From Octopus bimaculoides (Eukaryota), in the NCBI RefSeq assembly GCF_001194135.2, contig NC_068996.1, positions 55,055,301-55,119,300 of the forward strand: a DNA stretch of 64,000 nucleotides, given 5' to 3'. The position numbers were made by a program, and so were the translations under genes. Shown piece after piece: positions 1 to 11,640 of the stretch (positions are counted from its first letter, which is position 1; every line of letters starts with the position of its first letter). Below the pieces are notes generated by a model that saw only the letters and a list, made by a program, of their open reading frames with translations, was not told the origin of the DNA and ran no database searches.

Positions 1-252
1 CTGGACTGGCTCTTGTGCGGGTGGCACATAAAAGACACCATTTCGAGCATGGCCGTTTTCGTGCGGGTGACACGTAAAAGCACCCACTACACTCTCTGAG
101 TGGTTGGTGTTAGGAAGGGCATCCAGCTGTAGAAACTCTGCCAAATTAGATTGGAGCCTGGTGTTGCCATCCAGTTTCACCAGTCCTCAGTCAAATCGTC
201 CAACCCATGCTGGCATGGAAAGCGGACGTTAAACGATGATGATGATGATGAT
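1..252 (+). mobile_element. RTE-LINE 3' end (abundant (GAT)n-tailed repeat)
   Basis: ggtggcac...aaagcacccactacactctc...ggaagggcatccagctgtagaaac...catggaaagcggacgttaaacgatgatgat; the same sequence follows an RTE ORF2 stop at 10901 and 27975-28090. Confidence 0.8.
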
Positions 253-389
253 GAATTGAGCAAAATTTTTAAGATCTAATTCTCTGAGAGGCAAGTTGTT
301 TTTTCAGCTGAGATCCTTTTTTTTTTAACATCTCTTCTCTCTTGCTTCAAGTCAAAAACAAATTTATTATTTATATACATTTGTTTTAG

Positions 390-467
390 ATTCCAAATAT
401 GCCTGAAGGAATATTTTTTACATTCTGTGAAAAGTCTGAAGTGTGTGAAATTCCTGAGAAATGTTTG
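390..467 (+). CDS. CDAN1: Codanin-1 internal exon (first in window; gene starts upstream)
   Basis: AG at 388-389, GTAAGA donor at 468; translates IPNMPEGIFFTFCEKSEVCEIPEKCL, resembling human CDAN1 IPTVPEDLFF...PEHGL; phase 0-0. Confidence 0.85.
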
Positions 468-552
468 GTAAGATGAAATTTTGATTTTAGTCTTCATGTC
501 TTTTAACCAAACCATGAATTGAAATTAAATGTATTTATCTCTATTTCTCTAG

Positions 553-607
553 GACAAGATGAATGTTGTGGACCAGTCACTATTGCATACATGCTGTCCT
601 TATTTAG
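553..607 (+). CDS. CDAN1: Codanin-1 exon
   Basis: tctctag acceptor, GTAAGT donor; DKMNVVDQSLLHTCCPYL(G) matches human VVDQQLLYTCCPYIG; phase 0-1. Confidence 0.93.
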
Positions 608-1189
608 GTAAGTTCTTTGGTTTTTTGGGGTTTTTTTTTCCTATGAGTGCATGTCAATTAATTTAAAGAGAGAGAGAGAAGAAAGCAAATATAGTTGTAA
701 TGATGATGAAGGATTTGGTAATTGGTATCTGAGAAAAATAGTGAATGCATGTACCGGTAATTATAGATATGGCATCCCTAAGCACTTGGTTCTCTCTGTA
801 TGAAGCTATTTTTATTCTGGCACGTGCAGCCTGTTTCTTCTTCCTCCTCCATCTTCTGCAGTTTAATCCCCCACCTTTTTCTTCATCAATTTCTTTGTTT
901 CCTTGTAATTAAATTGTGATAAATAAAAGTATTTCACTACACACACACACACACACACACACTCATATGAATATACATACATGTGTGGATCGATGCCTAT
1001 GCCGACTGGTTCCCCGTGCAGGTGGCACATAAAAAGCACCATCCAAACATGGTTACTAGAAATGATAAAATTCCCCAAATCGTTAGAAAGTTTGCAATAG
1101 GAATATGTACTGAGGCATGAGGGATACAAATCAGTCATTTTATTAAATATAAGGAATCGTTAATGAAGAATTCCATCTTTTGTATAGTA

Positions 1190-1450
1190 TAGCCATGTTG
1201 TAAGAAGTTTGCTTCTCAACCACACCGTTTAGGGTTTAGTTCCACAGTGTGGCACCTTGGGCAAGTTTCTTCTACTATAGCTTCCGAGTGGATTTAGTTG
1301 ACAGAAACAGAAAGAAGCCCATTGTACCATTGTGTGTGTGTGTGTTCCCCCACCACTGCTTGACAAACTTTGTTGGTTTGTGTACATCTCTCTAACATAG
1401 CAGATCAGCAAAAAATACTGATAGAATAAGTACCAGATTTAAAAGAATAA
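1190..1450 (+). mobile_element. tRNA-type SINE (family B), degenerate
   Basis: aagaag-ttgcttc-caaccac...ggcaccttgggcaagt-tcttctactatagc...aatAagtaccag; matches the full copy at 57002. Confidence 0.7.
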
Positions 1451-1641
1451 ACACACACACACACACCAACATAGAGAATGGACCAAAAGTCACAAGTATA
1501 AAAATGTAGTTGGTGTTACAGCTGAAACCTTCAGACTGTGCCCACAGATAGCAACATGCAGTTAGACTTTGTGACTTTTGCCCTACCATTAGATGTACAT
1601 TGCAAACCAATTCACATAAGTTCTTAATATTTCATTTACAG

Positions 1642-1766
1642 GTTCTATAAAGACTCTTTTATTAGATTTTGCAATAGGATCCAGTTCTAAAGCCAGCACT
1701 CTTAGAAAAATTACTCCCATAGCTGCTGATGATTCTGTTGAATTTTCTTCTAGGCATCAATTACAG
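1642..1766 (+). CDS. CDAN1: Codanin-1 exon
   Basis: tttacag acceptor, GTAATA donor; GSIKTLLLDFAIGSSSKASTLRKITPIAADDSVEFSSRHQLQ (human GELRKLL...RKITPT); phase 1-0. Confidence 0.93.
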
Positions 1767-2169
1767 GTAATATTTCAAAATAAAATTTATGATGTTTAAA
1801 AATTTACTATTTCTACAAAGCAGATTAATTTCTAATTGTACGTACATTTGTATTTGTGAATATGTTTGTATGTTTGTGTGTTATTGTTTAGTCCCAGGTC
1901 TTCCCTAACTAAGCAGGCCTATGATAAAAGGCATTTTGTCTATAATGACCCAGTCCTTTTCTCAGGTATTAAGTATCTACGAATTGATAATCCTTCTAAC
2001 GAGGTTAATGGATTAATTTAGGGAGATTTGGCTACTATTCCTAGCAGACTGATTAACCACATAAAGGCTTCTTTGTTTGTCCTGAAATTACTGCTATCGG
2101 GAAAGTGGCAACAGAATGTTATCTCACCTCCCTCTCTAACACATGCATATACACCTATGTGTGCAGGTT

Positions 2170-2362
2170 TTTGTTGATGTTATGTGTCTCCTTTCTTTCA
2201 GTCGTTATTTATTCACATTGTTTTGAATTTATCATGCATTATTTCAGATCTCTGAGATATTGAATCATATGATTGTGTATTCTTACAATGTAGGGTAGGT
2301 GTGAGAGGCCAGATTTAGCTGGTTTAAACTTAAAACAGACAGAATAAATGCTAAAGGGTTAA
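2170..2362 (+). mobile_element. TTAA-CCCT MITE, partial
   Basis: Ends aatgctaaagggttaa; internal sequence shared with 7886-8117. Confidence 0.6.
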
Positions 2363-2559
2363 TACTGAATATTAATTCAACACCAGTCTTCACAACACTA
2401 TTGTCCAGCCTCTCTGATTTAAAGCCACTGTAGCATTTTATGAAATGTTTCCATTCCTGGAGTCTTGAAAGGATTATGATATTAGAGATGTGAGAGCATA
2501 AGCTGTGACCTCTGCCAGAAGTGTAGCCAGATTACTTATTCGTATCTTTACTTCATTGG

Positions 2560-2992
2560 ACACTAAACTCTGCTTGTGAAGACCTGTTGGGGCAAGTGAA
2601 ATTGAAATCGTAATTAAACCTTATTCGATGACTGGCACCTGTGCCAGTGGAGCACTAGCAGCACTGTCCGAGCATGTTCATTGCCAGAGCAGCTGTCTGG
2701 CTTCCATGCTAGTGGTCCGTAAATAGCACCATTTGAGCATAATCGTTACCAGCGTCGCCTTCTAGCACTTGTGCTGGTGGCACGTTAGAAAATCATTCGA
2801 GCGGTGTCATTGCCGGTGCCGCTGAACTGGCTCCCGTGCCGGTGGCACGTAAAAGCACCCACTACACTCTCGGAATGGTTGGCGTTAGGAAGGGCATCCA
2901 GCTGTAGAAACTCTGGCTTGCCAGTCCTCTGTCAAATCGTCCAACCCATGCTAGCATGGAAAGCGGACGTTAAACAATGATGATGATGATGA
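2560..2992 (+). mobile_element. RTE-LINE 3' end with internal tandem units
   Basis: Same family as 1-252, with several ggtggcac units and a (GAT)n tail. Confidence 0.75.
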
Positions 2993-3603
2993 AACAGAAG
3001 GCGTAGCAAGATTTTAGCTGATCATCTTGTTTTCAATCTTAACTTCTAGTGTACCTTTATTTCAAAGTCAAGCATCGTTGTCATCACTCAGTTTACCTGG
3101 ATTTACCTATAATTAGAGTCACTTTGAGACAAAAGTTATGCAATAGAATTGATTAAGAACCCTTTCTTTAATTATGTTTCAAATATCACATTAATATGTT
3201 GATAAGTAAAAAAGTTACAGTTGTTTAATGAAACTAGTCTAAATTCATGATTATTTTAGAATTTAATTGAAACTCATGAGGGTGTATTTTGGTCAGAAAT
3301 ATAGTAACAAAAGGGTTAATATCAGTTCCTATATGCTATTCATATCTGTACTCGGTCTGCTTAGGAGGTTGTTGTGTCCTAGCATATGTGCTGCTTCTTT
3401 TAGTTTTCGTATTTTCCAGTGATGTTCTCCGTTTATTATTTTAACTTCATCCCACAATAATAACAAAGAAAATTTAGTACTTCTTTTTGCTTCAATCATT
3501 CATTAGCTGTATATACATAGATTTAAATCTTTATTCATTATTTCATAAGCAATATAAAGTTATGAATTTATTAAGATTGATCTTTTTCTTTTATCAATTT
3601 CAG

Positions 3604-3795
3604 CTTCAACTTGAAGATAACTTCTTTCATAATCACCCAACATCTTTAAAGAAAACTGTTGACTTTATAGCTAAAAGAATGGTCTCTAACTTCATCAAGT
3701 TATTTAGAAGTCGAAAACTGGAGAGTTTACTTCAGCAGAGCAGGAATACATTTACTGAAACTGTGGAGCAGTGCGTTGACCCTGCAAATATTCCA
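3604..3795 (+). CDS. CDAN1: Codanin-1 exon
   Basis: tttcag acceptor, GTGAGA donor; LQLEDNFFHNHPTSLKKTVDFIAKRMVSNFIK... matches human [32 protein letters not shown]; 192 nt, phase 0-0. Confidence 0.95.
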
Positions 3796-4589
3796 GTGAG
3801 ACATTGTTTCAATTTTCACTCTGTACAAAATGATTCTAAAATTAACTCTTGTCACTTAGACATAATTTGTTTGTAACTAATTGTTCCTTTTCTTTCTTCT
3901 ATATCGATTTCATATTTTGTTTAGACGGGTTATTACTTCTCTTAAACATCTCATACATGTTCTGAGTTCAAATTCCACTGAGGTCGACTTTGCTTTCATC
4001 TTCTCAGGGTTGTTAAAGTAAGTACCAGTTGATCACTGGGGTCAATGTAATCGACTTACCACCCCCTCACCTGAACTTACTGAAATTTAAAATCATCATT
4101 AAGTAATTAATTAAGATAGCAAGCTTGCAGAATCATTAACAGAATTATTCCATTTTAGGCAAAGTTTCAAAAGAAGAAAATTGAAGATGAATTAATAGAT
4201 TTAGTTCTGTGAATTAAAATTAATAAATTAACTTGAAAATAAAATTATGGCCATTCCTGAAATAATTTGAAATACCATTGTGAAGAGTAGCATTGCAGGG
4301 TTTATATTCCAAAGAATAACAGTCTCATGTAATAAACTTTGGCTCAATTGAAAATATTAATTCATTGCTTTAGTTCTTACTGTAAGATTTGCATATATAA
4401 AAGTAAGCTACTTACAAATGTTTTACATATCTTTTTTTTATCTTTTTTCATTGTCTGTGGCTATGCTGGGGCACTGCCTTGAGAAATTTTACTCAAACAA
4501 ATTGACCCCAATACTTTTTGTCTTTTTTAAGTCTGGTATTTATTCTATCAGTCTTTTTGCTGAACTGTTAAGTTACAGGGGAGGTGGGG

Positions 4590-4785
4590 GAACAGACACA
4601 AAGACATACACACATAGATATATACGTTTATATTTACATATATACGTCTTTCAGTTTCTGTCTACCAAATCCACTCACAAGGCTTTGGATGGTCTGAGGC
4701 TATAGTAGAAGACACTTGCCCAAGATGCCACGCAGTGGAACTGAACTCGGAACCATGTGGTTGGGAAGCAAGCTACTTACCACAG
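4590..4785 (-). mobile_element. tRNA-type SINE (family B) 5' half
   Basis: Reverse complement of the 57002-57170 head. Confidence 0.75.
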
Positions 4786-5244
4786 TCAAACTTTTCTTTA
4801 ATATACTTATTTGCCTCTCTCTTTTTCTATTCAGCGTTGGTTTGAAATATCTGCATAATCCTTGAATTGTTGGAGTATCTTTTGTGTTAAAGTTGGATTT
4901 GTTTATGTTCTCTCTTGACCTGATACCAACATTCATTTTGAATGTTGACTGTAAAAGCTGAAGACAAAATACTTTAATGTTTTTTGTCTAGGTCTTTTAT
5001 CATTACAAAATTGTTGCTCTGCCAGGAAACAGTAAACTAACAGAATTTCATCTTAAAACAAAATTATTAACACCGTTCTTCTGTATAATATTCCACAAAC
5101 ATTCTTGATCTTATTTTTTATTTTATTCTAAATAATAAAAAAATTATATAATTCTTTTTGTTTTCTTCTATGTTTATTCAGACTCAATTCTTTTTTGTTT
5201 TTCATTAAAAATCTAGTAATTAAAAAAATCTGTTTTTGTTTAAG

Positions 5245-5327
5245 GAATTTAATTATGAAGATGTTGATGATTTAAGTAAGGATTTTATGCAAGGTGTTCA
5301 AAAGTGTTTGAAAGATGAAATGAGAAG
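5245..5327 (+). CDS. CDAN1: Codanin-1 exon
   Basis: tttgtttaag acceptor, GTATGT donor; EFNYEDVDDLSKDFMQGVQKCLKDEMR; phase 0-2 fits both neighbours. Confidence 0.85.
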
Positions 5328-5529
5328 GTATGTTTCTTTTTAATAAGGTATTAATAAAAGAAAAGAAAATGTAAAAAAATCTGTAAAATCGGAAAATGTC
5401 TATTAATATTAATCTTAATCTTAACTTAACTTACCCACTTTGGTCTAACTGCAAACGTAATGAAGACAATGATCGTTGCACAGGGAGCTCCTAGCCGACC
5501 TCCTGCTGACACCAGTGACATAAAGCCAT

Positions 5530-6330
5530 GTGGCACTCACCTGGGAACCCTAACCCTAACCCATACCTTGAAAGCTACCTGTCCAGTGATTACACCTTTC
5601 AGAAAGACATCGAGAATAGGATCAGTGCAGCTCATACTGCTTTCAGAAAACTCTCAAAATGAGTCTTCCTAAACCACGATTTTACTATCCAAACGAAAGT
5701 CACGATATATTCCAAACTGCTTCTACAGTTGTGAGATGTGGGTTTTATATCAACATGACTATGATCGTTTCCAACAGCATAAACTTCATGCAGTGATGAG
5801 GATTCAATGGAAAGCATATGCTACCAATGAAGAGGCTCTGCTCTGGGCTGGACTGCCCAGCATTGAAGCTACCATGGCATGACACTGCCTCTGCTAGTCG
5901 GGACACATCATATGTATGCTTCAAACACACTTTCCCTGTCAACTCCTCTTTGTGGAGTTGGCCTTAGGCACCAGACTACACAGAGACACCAAATTTCATT
6001 TCTAAGACCTGCTCAAGGTCACTCTGCTCTGCTGTTCCATTGACCCATATGCATGGGAGACAATCACCAAAAACTGTTCAACATGGTGGCATCAAGGGGA
6101 CTGACCAGATGGAAAATAACAGACGTCAAAGACTCAAAGAACAACCTGTACTTCCTTGTTCCCGGTTAACCCTCCCCTTCGATCCATGTCCCCAGCTCTT
6201 CGATACCACCTTTGGCCTGATCAACCACCCCAGGCACCGACACCTTTCATATCCACCAGGCTGAAAAGGTTCAATCACTTCCTACAGATTAACCTCTCAG
6301 ACATGAGTTATTGCCAACACGGGTGATGCT
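5530..6330 (+). mobile_element. RTE/BovB-like LINE ORF2 C-terminal remnant
   Basis: Broken translation YLG..SYLSSDYTFQKDIENRISAAHTAFRKLSK*VFLNHDFTIQTKV...RIQWKAYATNEEALLWAGLPSIEA; typical RTE-clade thumb region, with stops and frameshifts. Confidence 0.75.
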
Positions 6331-6522
6331 CAAAACGTTGATAGTTTAAGAACTATTCTTGTTCAAAAGTATATTGTATAGTGGCTTTACATTGTCTTCT
6401 TTTCTGTTTGGTTAGTTGTATTAATTGAAGCTATAGGATTAGCATTTATTGATTTGCATTCTTTATTCTTAAATGTAAATTAGGAAGCGAAGCTGTTTTA
6501 AGTGGAAAATACAGTGATTAAC

Positions 6523-6594
6523 TAAAGTAGTTGTATACTGCCAACTTAATATATTGGGACTGTCACGTTAAGTTGGCAGTATACAACTACTTTA
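6523..6594. repeat. Perfect 27-bp inverted repeat with 18-nt loop
   Basis: taaagtagttgtatactgccaacttaa (6523-6549) is the exact reverse complement of 6568-6594. Confidence 0.95.
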
Positions 6595-6891
6595 TCGCAT
6601 CACTACTGCTTAAGTCTCTCTGAGAGATTTAGAAATTCGTTATTTCTAACAGTGATTAACTGTTTTGCATTTAATCTGGTCATATCTGGCCCAAATATTC
6701 TGCCTGTTTTTGTGTTGAGACCGGACAGATCTGGTATCTAACACCTACCATACAATGTTATTGTAGAAATAACCAATCCCATTGCTGAAATCTTGAAGCT
6801 ATGAGATAATACATGATTAAATCTAAACAATATGAATAAATAAGCATTACATTTGATGTAATAATCTGAATGTTAAAGAGTTAATGAGGAG

Positions 6892-7122
6892 GGCAGTGGG
6901 CTGGCAGAATCATTAGCATGCTGGGCAAAATGCTTGGCAGGATTTCGTCTGCTGTTACGTTCTGAGTTCAAATTCTGCTGAGGTCAACTTTACCTTTCAT
7001 CCTTTCGGGGTCGATTAAATAAGGACCAGTTACACACTGGGGTCAATGTAATTGACTTAATCCCTTTGTCTGTCCTTGTTTGTCCCCTCTATGTTTAGCC
7101 CCTTGTAAGCAATAAAGAGATA
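6892..7122 (+). mobile_element. tRNA-type SINE (family C), near complete
   Basis: ggcagtgggctggcagaatcattagc...ttctgagttcaaattctgctgaggtcaactttacctttcatcctttcggggtcgat...gcaataaagagata; box A/B-like head. Related copies near 3955-4100, 14845-15045(-), 27165-27395(-), 40890-41320, 60330-60680(-) and 63650-63850(-). Confidence 0.75.
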
Positions 7123-7885
7123 ATGAGGCATAAGACAGGAAAACACTTTAGTTTACCGAATAAAATGAAATGTGCAGTTAATGGACACAAGAAATAAACG
7201 ATGTTCTTTTTTTCTTTCTTTCTGCAGCTTATATAGTATATCATAGTTGAGTTTCATTGCAACATATGAGCAAATTATTTGGGAAAGAAGAAAAAAGCCA
7301 TCCATCCATGCATATTTGTTGCAGGTCCACTGAACAGCAACTCAATAGTTTATTTGAACTTTATTGATGTAGGCTGTAAAAGCCTATCTTTTGTAAAGTC
7401 AATGTTTTTGGAAAAAATTATTTTTAATTAAGAAATATTTTTTCATTAGTGTTGGCATTGTGCATGTGTATGTGTGTGTGTGTGTGTGTTATCTATTTAC
7501 AGTATGGATTTCTGTTCAGATTAAAACAAGAAAGTTTGTTATCAATGTCGATTTTATTTACTGATTACTTTATATCAATCATTATGAGCAAATACAAGTC
7601 CTGTGGAGTCCTCCTTCAGTACTGAAAGGTATAAAAGACGTATTGCAAAATGTAATCATTATACTTACATTTAAATGCTTTCATTTCTGGATACTTTCTT
7701 TCTTTCAATAGAAATGTGTATGGTGACAATTCATTATAATAATTACAGTATTTCAGAAACAGAAGTATTTCTTTATTGATATAATATAATTCATAATTTT
7801 TCAGCAAACAGGAGTTTTGTGGAATTATTGTCGTCAGTCTTGAGTACGTGTGTACTGAAAGTTATAAAAGCTAGAATGTAAATTC

Positions 7886-8117
7886 TTAACCCTTTAGCAC
7901 TCAGATTTCTCTGTCAAATGCAATGCTTGTTGATCCATGTTATTTTCAGTTAATCATGCATTATCTTGTAGCTTTGAGATTTCAATGACAGGATTGTTTA
8001 TTTTTAGAATAACATTTTATAGGCTAGATGTTTGAGGCCAGATCTGTTTTTATTTTGAACATAAAACAGGTAGAGTATTTGCACCAGATATGGCTGGTTT
8101 GAATTTTAAAGGGTTAA
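7886..8117. mobile_element. piggyBac-like MITE (TTAA TSD, CCCT termini)
   Basis: ttaaccctttagca...ttttaaagggttaa; related pieces at 2170-2362, 6650-6885 and 28130-28340. Confidence 0.7.
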
Positions 8118-8686
8118 ACAGATGACTAAAATAATACCCTAAGGTGTGTCCCTCCAAAACCACAACACATCGATGAAGAGCATTGACTACAATACTTGTA
8201 GGATAGAATTAGAAGTTGTTTACCAACCTCTGCATTTACATGCAAAGTGACCTATAAGATATCAAAAGATGCCTTTCTGTAACATGTGACCTACAAACTT
8301 TTTGGATTCTCACATTGTAAATGAATTTTCTCATCCTTCATTGAGAACAACTCTACTAAGTTAGCTGCCATTTCACAACCAAGATGGTTTTGTCTGTAGC
8401 ACTCATGTAAATAAACCAATACATTTGGTTCCCAATTTGCTTCCAACTCTACACAATCTTAGAAAACCTACCAAACTCCCTTTTTCAACCCACATATATA
8501 CTTTGCTAATGGATACACCCAAACCTAACATGTTCTTTCCCTTGTCTTCAAACAGTATATGCATAAGCTAGTTTCTATTTTCACCACATTATTCAATTGT
8601 CTCTACACAGGAAGGTGCAAGTCCTTCATCATCAATATGTTATTCTGAAATGTATTCTCTTAATTGCTGCATTGTTATTTTAACAG

Positions 8687-8829
8687 CTATGTGGAGAGTA
8701 ATGGCAGGAAGGTGATTCAGGTGCTTTTGGTGGATTATAATGAAACTGTCAAGCTGTTCTCACTTAAAATTATTGTTCGCCTGGCTGAAGAAGGTATTCA
8801 CCAATGGATAGCTGCTAATATTACAAAAG
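8687..8829 (+). CDS. CDAN1: Codanin-1 exon
   Basis: ttttaacag acceptor, GTATTC donor; SYVESNGRKVIQVLLVDYNETVKLFSLKIIVRLAEEGIHQWIAANITK (human ...AVGLATEKACAWLSANIT); phase 2-1. Confidence 0.9.
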
Positions 8830-8889
8830 GTATTCATACTTTTACATTTAATTACACTCGGGCATATTTGAACCCATAAGAAAACTATT

Positions 8890-9290
8890 CGCTGTGCCAT
8901 GTCTTGGAGAAAATTCCTCACTGTAGACAGATAGGTGTAGACTGAATCACTTCACACTGCCATATGTACAGCAAACTGCTGAATAGTGCAACCAGTTGTT
9001 AAACAGTGACGGGAATATTGTAAAAGGGACCTGTTGCTTGGTGTCAGTTTGCAGCGCCTATCTTTCCAGTCGCTGAAGGGGAGATAACCACTCTGAAGTG
9101 CAAGCGTCCCACAGCGGGTGCTATGAGTTGGCTCGGTCTTTTTACACCTATTTGTCTACAAGAAATTTTCTCCATCACAAGAAACAGTGAATACCTCAAA
9201 CATATTTGAACTGGTTACAAGTTTGTATTTATACTCATCACTGCTTAGCATTGTCACCCCATATATATTTTATTTACATTTAAATCATCA
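8890..9290 (-). mobile_element. Highly degenerate RTE-like LINE fragment
   Basis: Weak resemblance on the - strand to the RTE ...LYGSE.W region seen at 10400-10600. Confidence 0.3.
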
Positions 9291-9688
9291 TCATCATTAA
9301 TACCCAGTTTTTCTCAGAAATCACTTACATTTACAATGTTTTCCTAAATTGTAACTCTAGAATGGCGATGACAAGCGTACACTCTCACCTTATTAATTTG
9401 AAAGAGTTACAAATGATGTCTTGTAGTATGTTTCAACTGCTATACAATGTTCTTATGAGAAACACATAAGTTTAGCTTAGTCAGCTGTCAGTTGGGGCTC
9501 AGGTAAGAATGGATGACTGATATAAATAGTGAGGTGTACAACTGACAAAAATTTTATCATTTTATAATGCAGGGCTTAAAGAGATGGATTTCCTGAGTTA
9601 TGTAACAAAAACAGAACCCCCAATGATTTATCGTTCAATTAATTATACAAAAGCTCAATCTAAAATCTATTCAGTTTTTTGTCATTTG

Positions 9689-9719
<31 letters not shown>

Positions 9720-9722
9720 CAG

Positions 9723-9859
9723 CTTTCTTTATTGGTGAAATGAGACAGGAAAGAAATAAACTTTTGAAAAATACTAAAGTACTCATGGAAAAGTTATCTT
9801 TACCTGAAACACATGATTCTTTCTGTCGGCAGCCATCTGAAATTCTTGTAGAATTTAAG
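9723..9859 (+). CDS. CDAN1: Codanin-1 exon
   Basis: Long poly-T tract plus CAG acceptor, GTTGGT donor; AFFIGEMRQERNKLLK...CRQPSEILVEFK (human ...PLPSHLISEIK); phase 1-0. Confidence 0.88.
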
Positions 9860-10039
9860 GTTGGTAACACATCCATTTATCTCTTCATTGTTTATAACTT
9901 ATTTTATTAATATTTGATACTATGCTGGTGCATGCATATGAACACAAGAAAATGTGTAGTCATTAAGGCATAGTTTTTAGGGTTAACTTTCATCTTCTAC
10001 ACTGATGACCTTGTTCTTTTAGCTGAATCACTAGAGATG

Positions 10040-11177
10040 AAATTTCAGGTGTGAAAACAAGGCCTGGAATGTAAGGGCTTCAGAGTTGATTTAGAAAAAC
10101 CAAAGTCTAGTAAGTAGGGAAACAGACAAATCACAAGTCCCTTCAGGGAGACGGCCTTGCTCAATATGTAAAATGGCTGTTGGTAGAAACTCCATACGTT
10201 GTACCCAGTGCAAACTTTGGACAAGTAAGAGGTGTAGCAGTATCACAGGAAGGTTAACGAATATAGTCATGTGTGGCAAATGTGCAGGTACAATAAGCAT
10301 TAACAATACACAGACATAGGCTCTCTCGAATGCTTGGGTGGATCATTAGCTTCTGTTAAGAAGGTGACCAAGTTAGCAGTGGAGGAGGAAGTTCTGAAAG
10401 TGTAGTTGCTAGGATAAGAACAGGCTGGGCAAAGTTCAGAGAGCTTCTACCTTTGTTGGTAACTAAGGGCCTCTCCCTCAGATCGAAAGACAGATTGTAT
10501 GATGCCTGTATACATACAGCTATGTTACATGGGCTTTGACTACAGAGGACTTGCAAAGGCTTGAAAGAAATGAAGCCAGCATTCTCCACTGGATGGGTAA
10601 TGTCAGTGTATATATATATATACAACAGAGTGTAAGTGATTTAAGAGGAAAATTGGATATAAGAGACATCAGATGTTGTGTGCAAGTGGGAAGACTGTGT
10701 TGGTATGGTCATGAGATGTGTATGGATGAGAACAACTGTATAAAGAAGTGCCAAGCTCTAATTGTGGAAAGGATAGACCCAGGAAGACGTAGGACAGTGA
10801 TGAGAAAGGATCTTTGGACACTGGGCCTCATTGAGGAAATGACAAGGGATCGAGAGATGTGGCGATTTGCTGTACTTGAAAAGATATGTGAAGCTAAGTA
10901 AAACTGTTGTCTTCCATGCATACAGGCTTGTCCTTTCAGGTGCCGGTGCCACATAAAAAACACCTGTGCCATTGCTGCATGTAAACACCCATGCTGGTGG
11001 TACATAAAAAAGCACCCAGCACACTCTGTTCAGTGGTTGGCACTAGGAACAGCCTTACCACAACAAGCAATTGGAGCCTGGACAGCTCCCCAGTCGGCAA
11101 GCTCCATGTCAAACAATCCAACCCATGCCAGCATGGAAAACGGACATTAAATGATGATGATGATGATGATGATGATC
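10040..11177 (+). mobile_element. 5'-truncated RTE LINE (ORF2 C-terminus, 3'UTR and (GAT)n tail)
   Basis: Cys-rich segment PCSICKMAVGRNSIRCTQCKLW, then RIRTGWAKFRELLPLL, LQRLERNEASILHWM and GRLCWYGH; stop at 10901 followed by the abundant 3'UTR. Confidence 0.85.
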
Positions 11178-11640
11178 GGCATCATTTAATGTCCGTTGGC
11201 ATGGGTTGGACAGTTTGACCAGAGCTGGTAAGCTGAGGGGCTGCTTCAGACTCCAGTCTGATTTGGCATGGTTTCTATGGCTGGATGCCCTTCCTATTGC
11301 CGACCACTCTCAGAGTGTAATGGGTGCATTTATGTGCCACCAGCACAGGTGCCAGTTGCATGACACCAATACCTGCCACAACTATGATTACACTTGGCTT
11401 GATGGGTCTCCTACTCAAGCATGGCATATTGCCAAAGGTCTCAAACATTTGTCATTGCCCCCATGAGGCCCAACACTCAAAAAGGTGCTTTTTTACGTGC
11501 CACTGGCACAGGCGCTAGTTACATGACACTGACATCAGCCACATTGCATCTGTGAGGCCCAATGGTCGAAAGGTGTTATTTACATGCAACTGTCATGGGT
11601 GCCAGTTACATGACACCAGCATTGACCACAACTAGTTGGC
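11178..11640 (-). mobile_element. RTE-LINE 3' end, tail-to-tail with the previous copy
   Basis: Begins catcatttaatgtccg directly after the (GAT)n tail of the + strand copy. Confidence 0.75.

Noticed and set aside
3487-3876. 129-aa ORF in the track
   Set aside because: It is CDAN1 exon 3604-3795 plus in-frame intronic flanks, not a separate gene.
7228-7370. Strong pyrimidine-rich acceptor in a CDAN1 intron
   Set aside because: In the required phase it hits TAG within six codons and shows no homology; at most a cryptic or poison exon, with no support.
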